From: Rhodospirillaceae bacterium
GTDB taxonomy: Bacteria; Pseudomonadota; Alphaproteobacteria; Rhodospirillales; Rhodospirillaceae
DNA length: 64,000 nucleotides
Assembly (NCBI GenBank): GCA_965262665.1
Contig: CBDHFR010000003.1
Span: forward strand, 90,811-154,810
Reading direction: 5' to 3'
The translations under genes and the position numbers were made by a program. The notes beneath the pieces are model-generated. The model saw nothing but the letters and a program-made list of their open reading frames with translations. It was not told the origin of the DNA and ran no database searches. Below are positions 1 to 10,196 of this stretch, in pieces (the first letter of the stretch is position 1; every line of letters starts with the position of its first letter).

Positions 1-108
1 ACCACTCCCTTCCCAGCGAGCTGGAATGGGAGCGGCGCATCTCTTGATGGAGATGGTGGTTGTCCGTTTTATGGTGGTGCACACCAACCACAAAGCGAGG
101 AAACCACG

Positions 109-327
109 ATGTTGAATACTACCGATAAGATCATCAAACACAAAACTGGATTGCTGAATCTGGCCGAGGAACTGGGCAACGTGTCGAAGGCCTGCCAGGT
201 CATGGGCATGCTCTTAGGCGCCAAGAAAAACCGGAGCCGGCTGGACGGGTCTTCAGACCATCTCGCCGAGGTCATTCAGGGTGTGGCGTTCAAAGCCTGC
301 ATCAAGCAAAACCAATGCGCCGCCTGA
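109..327 (+). pseudogene. Remnant of an rve-type (IS481-like) transposase, N-terminal HTH part only
   Basis: The first ~33 aa (MLNTTDKIIKHKTGLLNLAEELGNVSKACQVMG) look like the HTH N-terminus of DDE/rve transposases. The rest is unrelated and short, and no catalytic domain follows. Confidence 0.35.
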
Positions 328-573
328 CCAGCCCATCACCAATTGTTGCCCATGGCTCCGATCGGAAAACTAATTCCTTGCCGTCTGTTGATTTTGAGGA
401 GTCACGGTGCCCGCACCAATTAACAAGCATCAGCCCGCATTTTAGGTCCAGCTGTTCTCTGGAATGCTCACGAAGTTCCGCTCGTTCTCCAATATTACGT
501 GGTAACCAATGTGGGCCCTTTAACAACGTATTCAAAAAATACTATTTTTATCAAACAGTTAGAATGCATTCTC

Positions 574-885
574 TTAGGACCGTCCGTCCGCGAGCCTCAA
601 AGCCATCGGTTCCGGGACGGGCTCCTCGCCCGCCTTGATCCGGGCGATGATCAGCGCCGCGCGCCGCCGTGCCTCCTCGGCGGTAATTACACCGTGACGG
701 CCAACGGTCACCCGTTTCGCCGGGGCGCCTCCGGCCCTGGTCTGGACAACATAGTATTTACTCCCCGAGGGATAGACCCGCACCCCGAAGCCCATCAGCT
801 CGCTGTCCCAGAACACCGTGTCCTTCTCGACCTTGAGCGCTGCGACGGTGCGCCTCGAAATCGTCTTTGTTTGCAATTTGGCCAT
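574..885 (-). pseudogene. Tyrosine integrase N-terminal (DUF4102-type) fragment
   Basis: This 103-aa ORF aligns by eye with the N-terminus of the adjacent integrase (TVxxLxVExxxVFWDxxLxGFGVRVYxxGxKxYVVQxR...GRHGxIxAEEAR). It stops after the arm-binding domain and has no catalytic domain. Confidence 0.6.
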
Positions 886-927
886 GTCTGCGCTCCCGGT
901 CTTCCCGATCTCCCGTTTCTGTCCGCC

Positions 928-2112
928 TCACGCGGCCGTCGCCATCGTGCGGCAGAATATCCGCCCGATGCTGCCGCCCACCTTCGCCGCCGAGATCTTC
1001 TCCGTGTCGCGCGCCAGATGGGCGTAGCGTGCGGTTGTCGTGACTTTGGTATGGCCCAGGAGCTTTCCGATCATCGGCAACCCCTCGCCAAGCGCCAGGG
1101 CTCTGCTCGCATAGGAATGGCGGAGGTCGTGAATCCGGACATCCTCCAGCCCGGCACGCGCCCGCAGGCGTATCCAGATCGGGTGGAGGCTAAGCAGATG
1201 CGTGCGAGGTTTCTGGCCCACGATCACCCAGGGATTGCCTGCGATGCGGGGAATGCCGTCCAGCACCGCCTCCACCGCCGGCGTCAATGGAACCCGGCGC
1301 GCACCGGTCTTGGAATCTCGTAAGCGTAGTTCCCCCGCCGTGCGGTCCACATCGTCCCAGCGCAGCGTTACGACTTCGCCCCGCCGGCATCCGGTCAGCA
1401 GCAGCAGGCGGAGCGCCGCGATGGCCGACGGCCAGGCCGAGCCGTCCGCTTCCGCTGCATCCAGCACCCGGCCCAGCCGCCGGTATTCTTCCGCCGTGAG
1501 AAACCGCTCGCGCCGTCGCTCCTGGTACTTTCGCACCGACCGGCATGGGTTCTGCCGTGGTGGCGTTAACCCCCAAGCCTCGGCGAGAGAAAGCATCTTC
1601 GAGAGCACTTCCACCGCCCGGTTCGCCTGATAAGGCTTGTCGCGAAGCGCGCAGTGCAGGGCCGAGACATGCGCGCGGTCCACCGCGTCGATGGGAAGTT
1701 CGCCGAGCTCCGGCAGGATGTATTTGGTGACGACGGCCCGGTAGATTTTTATAGTTGCCGGCCGGCAGCTCACCGCGACATGCGCCTCCATGTAGCGCTC
1801 GGCCAGAGCGGACACGGTCCACGCCGGAACGGGCGGCGGCGGAACCGGCGGCTCGCCCCGCTTGATGCGGTCGATGAGGACGGCTGCGTCCTTACGCGCC
1901 TGCTCGGCCGAAATCTTTCCATGCCGGCCGATGGTCACCCGCTTGGGCCCGTCCGGGCCGCGCGATTGGACAACATAGACTTTACGCCCCGTGGTGTAGA
2001 CCCTGACCCCAAAGCCGGGCAGGTCCCGATCCCAGAACACCGCCTCCTTGCTCTCGACACAAAGGGTGTCGACGGTGCGTTTGGAGAGTTTGGTGGCGTC
2101 CTTTCCCGGCAT
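928..2112 (-). CDS. int: Tyrosine site-specific integrase (P4-like, DUF4102 N-terminus)
   Basis: 394 aa. It has an N-terminal arm-binding domain. Catalytic motifs are VTLRWDDVD, IHDLRHSYAS and GHTKVTTTARYAHL (R..HxxR..Y). Confidence 0.9.
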   Translation of the reverse strand: MPGKDATKLSKRTVDTLCVESKEAVFWDRDLPGFGVRVYTTGRKVYVVQSRGPDGPKRVTIGRHGKISAEQARKDAAVLIDRIKRGEPPVPPPPVPAWTVSALAERYMEAHVAVSCRPATIKIYRAVVTKYILPELGELPIDAVDRAHVSALHCALRDKPYQANRAVEVLSKMLSLAEAWGLTPPRQNPCRSVRKYQERRRERFLTAEEYRRLGRVLDAAEADGSAWPSAIAALRLLLLTGCRRGEVVTLRWDDVDRTAGELRLRDSKTGARRVPLTPAVEAVLDGIPRIAGNPWVIVGQKPRTHLLSLHPIWIRLRARAGLEDVRIHDLRHSYASRALALGEGLPMIGKLLGHTKVTTTARYAHLARDTEKISAAKVGGSIGRIFCRTMATAA

Positions 2113-2408
2113 GGTGTCCTCCCGCTAGCGTATATCCTGCCCTGGAGTGCGTTACCGGATGCGTAATCGAAGCGCAACCGACTGACATCAAATCGGAGCG
2201 CATTCAAGCGTATCATTGTGTGGAATGCAAGCGCTGGAACTCGAAAGAAATGTAAATAACGTCAATGAAAATAGAGAATTATCATACTACAGCGTAGCCT
2301 GGCGCATCTCTGACTAAGATGACTGAGAGTTACATTATCTAAGGTGAACTGTTGAAATAACGGAATGGAATTGGCATTCCCAAACGCTAGGGAACATCGC
2401 AAGGCAGC

Positions 2409-3212
2409 TCAAGCCGATTTACTCTGACAAAGCCTCAGGTGCAACATGATGTTCTCGTCGTTCCATCGGATGGCCTCAAGATTATCGAACGCGCGGCGGA
2501 CTTGTTCGTTGAAGCCGCAACATGCCTCCTCTAGCTCCCGCCCGTCATACAGAGAAAAGGTTGAATAGTGGTGACTCCGCACCTGTTCAAACAGGCGTTT
2601 CAAGCTCGCCGTTCGAGCAAAGCGAAACACCTTCGCTTCGACCATTTCGAGGCCTGATGTCTCCGCGACGAAAGCTTCCATTCTTTCGATGGTGTGAAGC
2701 CGCGACTCTTTCTCGGTGAAGCCCGGGAAGAAACGTCCCCATAAGTTGCCAGCGTTCTGTTCGGGCGTACGTGTGTAAATGAATAGGCGGCCGTCATCAC
2801 CGAGCGCACGCCGTGCGTTAGCCAGAAATAAGGGAACGTTGAAGTGATGCACCGCATTGAAGGTGAGGATGGCATCCAGGGAGGCGTCCTCGAGCGCCAT
2901 GTCGTCGACGCCAGACAACCGGGTCACAAAATTGCGAATGCGCGCCTCGGCGAGGTAGTTGGAAAGCTGTTCCAGCATCGATGCGCTGGAGTCGACGCAA
3001 ACGAGGTGCAGGTTGGGGATGTGATCGAACAGCAGCCTGTCGTAGCGCCCGGCGCCACATCCGATATCGGCCGCGCGCACGCTTGCCCGATCGGCCAAAG
3101 CGTCGCGAATATAAATAACCGGCTCCGGATCGGTGGTCCGTACCGCGCGGTAGAACTTCGCCACCCTGCCGAAATGTCCGGACATGCCAACACTCGCCGT
3201 CGCTCCGGTCAT
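2409..3212 (-). CDS. Class I SAM-dependent methyltransferase
   Basis: 267 aa. SAM-binding motif I is AADIGCGAGRYD, followed by an acidic loop and a typical Methyltransf_11/25 layout. Confidence 0.75.
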   Translation of the reverse strand: MTGATASVGMSGHFGRVAKFYRAVRTTDPEPVIYIRDALADRASVRAADIGCGAGRYDRLLFDHIPNLHLVCVDSSASMLEQLSNYLAEARIRNFVTRLSGVDDMALEDASLDAILTFNAVHHFNVPLFLANARRALGDDGRLFIYTRTPEQNAGNLWGRFFPGFTEKESRLHTIERMEAFVAETSGLEMVEAKVFRFARTASLKRLFEQVRSHHYSTFSLYDGRELEEACCGFNEQVRRAFDNLEAIRWNDENIMLHLRLCQSKSA

Positions 3213-3290
3213 GTTCCCAAGCTCCCACCAAGGTCGGTCGAGACCACCGCAGGCAGAGCAGTTTTTGCTCCCGGTGTTCGGAACACGCGT

Positions 3291-4439
3291 CTACTCCGCC
3301 GCTGCCATTGACCCGGCCGTGCGTATTTCGGCGGACCCTTCTTCGATGAACGCATCACACAAGTCGTGGGCGACGGAATCGCGCATCTGCACCGGCGGCG
3401 ACTTCATGAAATAGGAGGACGGCACTTCCAGCGGGCCGGTCATTCCCCGCACCATGCCGAGCCTGGCGCAGCGGACTGCATCGATGACGACGCCGGCGCT
3501 GTTAGGCGAATCCTGGACCGAGAGGCGCATCTCCAACTCAATGGGAGCGCCCCCGAATCCACGCCCTTCCATGCGAATAAAGGCGACTTTGTTGTCGCCT
3601 TGCCAAGGAACATAGTCGGATGGCCCGATGTGGATGTCGCGCGAGCTGAGGCGCCCGTCTAACTGAGACTGGACAGATTCCGTCTTGGAGATCTTCTTCG
3701 ATGTCAACCGGTCCAGGGCCTTCATGTTGAGGAAGTCGGTGTTGCCGCCGGTGTTCAGTTGGTAGGTGCGGTCCAGCGTGTAACCGCGATCGCCGAACAG
3801 GCGGGTCAACAACCGGTGCGTGATCGTAGCCCCGACCTGACTCTTGATATCGTCACCCACGACCGTCACCCCGGCCATCTTGAACTTCTCAGCCCATGCT
3901 GGGTCTGAGGCAATGAACACGGGTATGCAGTTTACCATGGCTACCTTCGCGTCGAGGCAAGCCTGGGCGTAATGTAACGCCGCCCGTTCCGACCCAACCG
4001 GAAGATAGCAGACCAATACTTCCGCACCGGTTCGGCTCAAGACTCCCGCGACATCCACCGGCTTGGCATCGGCCGGCAGGAATGCTTCGTCATCGGGATA
4101 GTCCGCCATGTGCGGCGCAACTCCGTCGAGGACAGGGCCCATCTGGACGATGACGCCAGATGACGGAAGCTCGCCCTCGAATACCATCGCGCAATTAGGT
4201 TTGGCGAAGATGGCCTTCTCCAGAGGTCGACCGACTTTTCGGCGGTCAATGTCGAAAGCAGCAACGACCTCCAGATCACCTGGACCCCAGCCCCCGATAT
4301 CGGGGTGCATTAGGCCGGGCAGGGCCTCAACGCCGCGCTGCTTATAATACGTAATGCCCTGAACCAGCGAACTCGCACAATTTCCAATCCCTGCAATAGC
4401 CAGCTTGATGTTACACATACGTTGTTCGACGTTGGGCAT
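3291..4439 (-). CDS. Inositol-3-phosphate (myo-inositol-1-phosphate) synthase family
   Basis: 382 aa. The N-terminal Rossmann segment KLAIAGIGNCASSLVQGITYY and the overall pattern are typical of bacterial/archaeal MIPS. This is recognised from memory. Confidence 0.75.
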   Translation of the reverse strand: MPNVEQRMCNIKLAIAGIGNCASSLVQGITYYKQRGVEALPGLMHPDIGGWGPGDLEVVAAFDIDRRKVGRPLEKAIFAKPNCAMVFEGELPSSGVIVQMGPVLDGVAPHMADYPDDEAFLPADAKPVDVAGVLSRTGAEVLVCYLPVGSERAALHYAQACLDAKVAMVNCIPVFIASDPAWAEKFKMAGVTVVGDDIKSQVGATITHRLLTRLFGDRGYTLDRTYQLNTGGNTDFLNMKALDRLTSKKISKTESVQSQLDGRLSSRDIHIGPSDYVPWQGDNKVAFIRMEGRGFGGAPIELEMRLSVQDSPNSAGVVIDAVRCARLGMVRGMTGPLEVPSSYFMKSPPVQMRDSVAHDLCDAFIEEGSAEIRTAGSMAAAE

Positions 4440-4532
4440 TGGCTGCTTTCCTCCTTGCCTTCCTATTAGGCATTGTCAGGGCATTGTCACGCTAAGTGAT
4501 TGTAAGGGGAATTATACACCTAACTAGCCACG

Positions 4533-5624
4533 TGTCCCTTCCGAAAACCTTATCCGGTTGGAATGAAGATAGATCCTCTGCAATCCGTTAGGGATGATAT
4601 CGTTCGTTAGATTGTTCTTCATGACATTCGTGGCCATGGTCAAGGGACCGCGCCGGCTGGCCGCCGAGAACATCGCTTTGCGACATCAGGTCTCGGTCTT
4701 GAGGCGTAAGCATGCTGGCCGGGTTCGGCTTCGCGGCTGGACCGTATCTTTCTGACATGGCTGACACGGCTTTATCCGTCGGTTCTCGACGCCATAGTGA
4801 TCGTCCAGCCCGAGACCGTTCTGCGTTGGCACAGGCACGGTTTCCGGGCCCTGTGGCGCTGGAAATCGCTCAATTTGGGTGGGCGCCCGGCCATAGACCG
4901 GGACCTGATGCAACTGATCAAGTCAATGGCGCGGGATAACCCTCTTTGGGGTGTGCCGCGTATCCACGGTGAACTCCTCAAACTGGGCTTTGAGGTATCT
5001 CAATCGACAGTGAGCAAGTATCTTGGGCGTTGTTACCGGCCCGGGGGCCAAAGCTGGAAGACGTTCATTGCCAATCACAAGGATGCCATTGCAGCCGTTG
5101 ATCTGTTTGTGGTTCCCACAGCGCGTTTCAAGCTCCTCTATGGGATCGCAATCTTACACCTCAAACGAAGGGCGCTGGTCTGGACCAATGCCACCTCTCA
5201 TCCCACCGCGGTTTGGATCGCCAACCAAGTGAGCCAGGCCTTTCCTTGGGAAACCGCGCCGGATTACCTGCTCAGGGACCGAGATACCAGTTACGGCAAG
5301 GTCTACAAACGGCGATTAAGCACTATGGGTATCAGAGACCGTCCTACGGCGCCAAGGTCACCGTGGCAGAATGGGTATGTTGAGCGCGTGATTGGCTCCA
5401 TCCGCCGGGAGTGCCTGGATCACACCATCATCTTAGGCGAGGCTCATCTGCGGCGGACGCTCAGGCGCTACGCCCGATACTACAATCATGCCCGGACGCA
5501 TCTTTCCTTAGGCAAGGATTCCCCTATTCCACGTCCCGTCGAGCGGGCTGGCCACATCTCTAGGTGTGAACACCTGGGTGGTTTGCATTATGAATACCGG
5601 CGGATAGGGTAAACGGAAGGGACA
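4533..5624 (+). mobile_element. IS element, rve/DDE transposase (IS481-like, family tentative), ~1.09 kb
   Basis: Terminal inverted repeats are TGTCCCTTCCGAAAACCTTATCCGG (4533->) and the reverse complement of CGGATAGGGTAAACGGAAGGGACA (->5624). The transposase stop codon lies inside the right IR. Confidence 0.7.
4621..5612 (+). pseudogene. IS transposase (rve integrase core), frameshifted near 4735
   Basis: ATG at 4621 gives MTFVAMVKGPRRLAAENIALRHQVSVLRR...RLRGW, then a stop. Shifting one base continues DRIFLTWLTRLYPSVLDAIVIVQPETVLRWHRHGF into ORF 4797..5612, which carries the DDE/rve core. Confidence 0.7.
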
Positions 5625-5646
5625 CCGCTGGTATAAGATCAGCAAA

Positions 5647-6540
5647 TTAGAAAGTGTACATAGCGCCCATACCGACAACCGCTTGGAAATCATTTCCGTT
5701 CTGTCGAACAAATGGCGCATTGCGTGACTGTTCCATAAGCAACCCACCATGGACACGACCGAGGATTTGCCAGTTTTCGTCAACCTGATAGACGGCTGTC
5801 AGGCGCATGGTGATGTCCTCTAAACCGGCCTTGGGTTCATAGAACGCAAGACCAGAAACAGCGGTCGACGCTGCGGAGACACCGTAGAACTTGCTCATAT
5901 AGGTGCGGTTTTTCCATTCCACCGTAACTTCCGGGACCAAGTGAACAGGTCCAACAGGTACAGCAGAACCCACCGTAGCGGATAGGCCTATACCGCCGTG
6001 GCCACCAGACACCTCTTTCCGTGCACGAATGCGAAAGGCTACCAGTTCTGCTAATCGCCCTTCAAAGGTCGCCCCAATGTCAAGTCCAGATGCCACATTG
6101 GGCAGCAGGTACGCCTGGCTGACCGGGTCAGGATTCCGGCCAGGTGCTATACCCGTCTGGGCCAAGAGACGGCAGCAGTCCGTGTCCCAGACCTTGACAC
6201 GTAGCCCCAAGGGATCTAGCCAGAAATCGTTCTTGTAGCGAACCTGTAGCAGGGGCAAAAGCCGGGTCTTGTAATCGGCAGAGCCAGAATAGTCAGGCAC
6301 ACGGCCGACCGCTCCGCCCATTCGTACCCGCCAAGCTTCAAGATCGAAATCACGTAACTCGGAGAAGTAATCACTCAAGCCCTCAAGAGCGGATTCAATA
6401 CCCTCCCAGTTCTGAGCCTGTGCCGTCGACGGCAAAGCCAGCAAAAAACCCACAAGCACCAAATGCGTGGCAATTATCGGTTTACTGAAATACCGGAATC
6501 GAAAGACGCCAGGGTCAGAATGAAGCAACCTTAGAATCAC
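5647..6540 (-). CDS. MipA/OmpV-family outer-membrane protein
   Basis: 297 aa. It has a signal peptide ending AQAQ, an alternating beta-strand pattern and a C-terminal aromatic residue (..AMYTF). Confidence 0.65.
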   Translation of the reverse strand: MILRLLHSDPGVFRFRYFSKPIIATHLVLVGFLLALPSTAQAQNWEGIESALEGLSDYFSELRDFDLEAWRVRMGGAVGRVPDYSGSADYKTRLLPLLQVRYKNDFWLDPLGLRVKVWDTDCCRLLAQTGIAPGRNPDPVSQAYLLPNVASGLDIGATFEGRLAELVAFRIRARKEVSGGHGGIGLSATVGSAVPVGPVHLVPEVTVEWKNRTYMSKFYGVSAASTAVSGLAFYEPKAGLEDITMRLTAVYQVDENWQILGRVHGGLLMEQSRNAPFVRQNGNDFQAVVGMGAMYTF

Positions 6541-6560
6541 GTATATTACTTTCTTTACAC

Positions 6561-6590
6561 TATCCCTTCCGAAAACCGTTTCCGCCGATG
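6561..6590 (+). repeat. Orphan IS481-like left terminus (solo IR)
   Basis: TATCCCTTCCGAAAACCGTTTCCGCCG resembles the IRL at 4533. No transposase follows. Confidence 0.5.
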
Positions 6591-6664
6591 TGCATAATTA
6601 CAAGGGCCAAGATTATGGATACGGTTCAGGTAAGATAAATGGGTGTCTTGTAACCTGAATCTAC

Positions 6665-6730
6665 TGTCCTTCCCGAAAATCTTATTCGCCGATCCTGTTG
6701 ATGCAAACCGTCAGGGTGTGGATATGGCGT
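6665..6730 (+). repeat. Orphan IS481-like left end (~65 bp)
   Basis: TGTCCTTCCCGAAAATCTTATTCGCCGATCCTGTTGATGCAAACCGTCAGGG parallels 4533-4600 of the intact copy. It abuts the truncated relaxase. Confidence 0.55.
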
Positions 6731-6811
6731 CGGAGGGGGCAGGTACGCATAGCTATAGACTCGCATGACACCGCACATTACGGAATCCCAAAGCGGACTC
6801 TTTCGTTCCGG

Positions 6812-8623
6812 TCAATCCACTAGCTTAAGCCAGGGGGCCGCGGCCGCGCCGGATAAGTTATCTGGATGGACCTCGGCAACCCGGCTGCCGAGCTTCTCGA
6901 AAGCCCGGCCGATCTCGCCGGTGAGACTGGCGCGCACCGCCTCCTTCAACTCGGCGTCCTTCTGGCGCAGGATCTCGTCCATCACCGCGGTCTGCATGCT
7001 GGCGCGCTGCAATTGGGCGAAGGGCTTGCCGGCGTCGACGGCGTCGAGCTGCTTCTCGTCGCCGACGAGTACCACGCGCGGGATGCGCAGCGTGTTCGCG
7101 ATCCGCAGCAGGTCCCGGGCCTGCAAGGTCGAGGCGAGGGAGCCCTCGTCGACCACCAACACGGTCTTCCGAAAGGCCGCGCGCATCTCGCGCGCACCCT
7201 TCCTGGTCAGCCTTCCTGCCGCGACCCCGGCGTTGCGGGCGAGGAACCGTTGCAGGGTCTCGGTCTCGATCCCGGCCTCCGCCGCCAGCGTGCGCGCCGC
7301 CGAGGCCGACGGGGCGACCCCGATCATGCGGTAGCCGCGCTTTGCGGCGAGCGCCCGGGCACGTTCGAGCATGGTGTTCTTGCCGGTGCCGGCATAGCCC
7401 TGCACGCCCACCACCCGGTCCTTCGACGAAAGGATCAATTTCACCGCCTCCTTCTGGCCCAGGGTGAGCCGTCCGTTATGCAGCAACGGCCCCGCCATCC
7501 AGCTCCGCATGACGGGGCGCGATACGCCCTGGCCGCGTTGCATCAGTGCGATGGTTTCCTTCTCGTCAGCCACTGCCTTGTCGGTGGTGAGCGACTCACC
7601 CCGCGATGGCAGGCCGCAGGGGTGTAGTGTCCCGGCCTTCTCCAGCCGCGCTACCGTGGCCTCCGCCTCTGATATGGTCACGGTCCCTGGCTGCCAGGCG
7701 AGAGCCGCGGCGAGCAGGTCGGTGCGCGCGAACACTGCGTTACGCTCGGCGAGATGATCCACTGCCCAGGCTATGGCCTCGGCCGCCGGGGATTGCGTTC
7801 CAGGATCGAAGAGGTCCGTCTGGCGTCCCGGTGCTTCCTCCGCTCCGGCTTCCAATGCGGCCTCGCGGTCTACGCCCTCGGCGCCGCGGCTCCGTTCCGT
7901 GGCTCCGGTGGCGAGGGCGCGCGCATCGAAGCCGAGCTCGGCGGCTTGGCGCTCCCAGATCGCCGTTATTTCACCCCGGTCCACATCGCGTTTCGCGGCT
8001 CTGGTCATCAGCGCCGCGCGCTGCGCCAGGCGCTGGTTCGCCGCCGTGCCTTCCGCGCCTCGCTCCGCGACCGCCGCCTCGATTTCGGCGCGCCGGGTCG
8101 AGAACACCTCGATGACCTTGCGTGGTACCCCTGCAATCTCGAACCGCCCGTCGGCGTGGGTCTTCTCCACACGATAGCCGAGATCCACCAGCCCGCGCGC
8201 GAGCTCGCTGCGATAAAGTGTGCCGATCAACATTTTCGAGGCGTAGAGTTTCTCGTTGGCCATGGTGCGCCACTTGCCGTCGGCGCTCTGCACCATGTTG
8301 GCGATCACCGCATGGGTGTGGAGTTGGGGGTCGAGATTGCGCGAGGTCTCATGGGTGAAGGTAGCGATCACCGCCTTCTGGTCCCCAGCGCGGATCATAC
8401 GCCCGCTCTCCGGATCCTTCATCCGGTTCTCTACGGTGCGTTTCTCCACCCAAGCCAGCGTCCGCTTTACCGCCCGGCCGTGGGCCTCGGCAACGCGCCC
8501 ATCGCCGCCGACAAGCGCGGCCAGCGAAACGGATTTGGGGGCCGAGAGGGTCAGGTCCCGGCCGGGCCGGTGGACGATCTCCCCGTCCTTGCCGGGCCGG
8601 CCGAGGCGCGGTCCGACCGGCAC
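6812..8623 (-). pseudogene. MobF/TrwC-type relaxase-helicase, truncated at both ends
   Basis: The relaxase core contains DLTLSAPKSVS and the HxH motif DPQLHTHAVIANM. The helicase part has Walker A GYAGTGKNTMLE and VLVGDEKQLDAV. The N-terminal ~75 aa with the catalytic Tyr are not in frame, and the C-terminal half of the helicase is missing next to the orphan IS end. Confidence 0.8.
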
Positions 8624-8862
8624 CCGCCCGGCCCGGGCCGGGCGCGGCCTCTCCCTGGCGTTCAGCCAGTGCAGGGTGCGATGGCGAGAGACCAGGAGCG
8701 TCGTTGCCGGCGAGGGAGGAAAGAACCGGGGAAGCGCGGGCTTGGCTTAGGTGGACGATTCGGTCCGTGCTGGGGGCGCCACGGATTGGGGATGCCGGTA
8801 TGTGTTGGGGCGGCTTGATATGATATGTATTGATGCCCATCTAGCTGATCCCGAAGGGTCGT

Positions 8863-9063
8863 GTGATGACGAAGAAGCAGAAAGCGTCGCGGTCGGTGAG
8901 CAAAGCCTCGAAGCAGGTCATCAAGACAACACGTTCCCGCTCGGGAACGTGTACCCTGTCCGGGGTCAGCGCGGCAAAGTCTGTGACGCCGACCTCCGAG
9001 CGGATCATTAAGGCGACCTCCGTGAAGCGTCGGACTGCCATGAAGGTGCTGGCAAATCGGTAG
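8863..9063 (+). CDS. Small basic protein, putative antitoxin partner of Doc
   Basis: 66 aa and Ser/Thr/Lys-rich. It ends 22 nt before the doc start codon. It has no Phd/YefM-like motif, so the call rests on position only. Confidence 0.3.
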   Translation: MMTKKQKASRSVSKASKQVIKTTRSRSGTCTLSGVSAAKSVTPTSERIIKATSVKRRTAMKVLANR

Positions 9064-9085
9064 GCGGCACTACCGCGTCACCTGG

Positions 9086-9442
9086 GTGGACGCGGTCCGC
9101 GGCCATGAGGAAGCGCTTCAGGATGGTGGAGCCCCTGGGATCGTAAACGAGCACGCGATTCAGTCCGCCATTGCTCGCCCTTACCACGGCTATCACCGAC
9201 GCATTCATCAAAAGGCGGCGGCACTGGTTCACGGCATCGTCTGCAACCATGGGTTTTCGGACGGCAACAAGCGGACAGCGCTCTATCTGGTCGAATTGCT
9301 GGTCCAGAGGAGCGGTTATGAATTCGTCGAAGACGACGAGATGATCGCGGACACGATTACCAGCGTCGCCCGCGGCGAAACGGGCTACGAGGACCTCGCG
9401 GAATGGTTTCGTGAACGCCTGGTTCGGCCAGGTGACCCATAG
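9086..9442 (+). CDS. doc: Doc (death-on-curing) / Fic-fold toxin
   Basis: 118 aa with a GTG start. The Fic/Doc motif is HGFSDGNKRTA, and the upstream segment GGAPGIVNEHAIQSAIARP is typical of Doc. Confidence 0.8.
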   Translation: MDAVRGHEEALQDGGAPGIVNEHAIQSAIARPYHGYHRRIHQKAAALVHGIVCNHGFSDGNKRTALYLVELLVQRSGYEFVEDDEMIADTITSVARGETGYEDLAEWFRERLVRPGDP

Positions 9443-9465
9443 TCGCCGGAAAAACGGAAGACGGT

Positions 9466-10190
9466 GTGTACCAGGACCTGTTCCACATAGGCCTTGAAGG
9501 CAGCCCCATGCATCGGCCCGTCGAGGAGCATCGGGGCCGCCAGGCCGGAGAGGCGCAAGCCGGCGGTCAACGTGGTGGTCTTCCAATGGCCATGGGGTAT
9601 GGCGGCCCGGCACCGTTCGCCTTTGCGCGACCATCCCCGCAGCCGCGCCATCTTCATCGACGCGCCGGTCTGGTCGATGAAGATCAGCCGTTCCGGAGCG
9701 AGCCCTGCCTGGCCTTCGAACCAGAGCCGGCGCCGCGCGAGCACGTCCGGGCGCCGCCGCTCCGCTGCATGGCCGGTCTTTTTTTGTGCGTCAGCCCGCG
9801 CTTGGCGAAGAAGTGCCAGACCGTCGACGGGCACACCCGAACCCCGTGCGACGCCGCCAGCTTCTCGCCAATCTCGGCCAGCGTCATAGCCTTGGTCTGC
9901 GCCACCAGAGCCAGGATAAAGGCCTCATGCGCATCCAGCTTCGAGCCCGGCGGTTGGCCCTGGCGGTCGGGCTCGATCGAGCCCGTCTCGCGCCAGCGCC
10001 GGCGCCAGTGGCTCGCCGTCGCTGGCGCGACACGAAAACGCGCCGCGGCCCCCCGTGCAGACAGACCCCCCGTGACCGCCTCGACGACCCGCCGGCGAAG
10101 ATCATTCCCGTAACAATGCCCCATGTCTGACACCAAATCGCCTCGGGATATAGAATCATGGAGTGGGACGCTTGGGAATCCCCTTCGATT
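9466..10190 (-). mobile_element. IS630-family element, 3'-truncated
   Basis: orfA starts MGHCYGNDLRRRVVEAV... at 10124. orfB reads ..KKTGHAAERRRPDV...LIFIDQTGASMKMARLRG.... The two frames meet at an A7 run (T7 on the + strand at ~9779-9785). Homology stops at ..AYVEQVLV, around 9466. Confidence 0.75.
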
Positions 10191-10196
10191 CACAAT

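Noticed and set aside
7754-8818. Long ORFs antisense to real genes, e.g. 7754..8818, 15896..16699, 61487..62452, 499..1323, and the first 121 codons of 18446..19501.
   Set aside because: These are typical GC-rich shadow ORFs: Arg/Ala/Gly/Pro-rich, with no motifs, and fully overlapping genes that have strong family signatures on the other strand.
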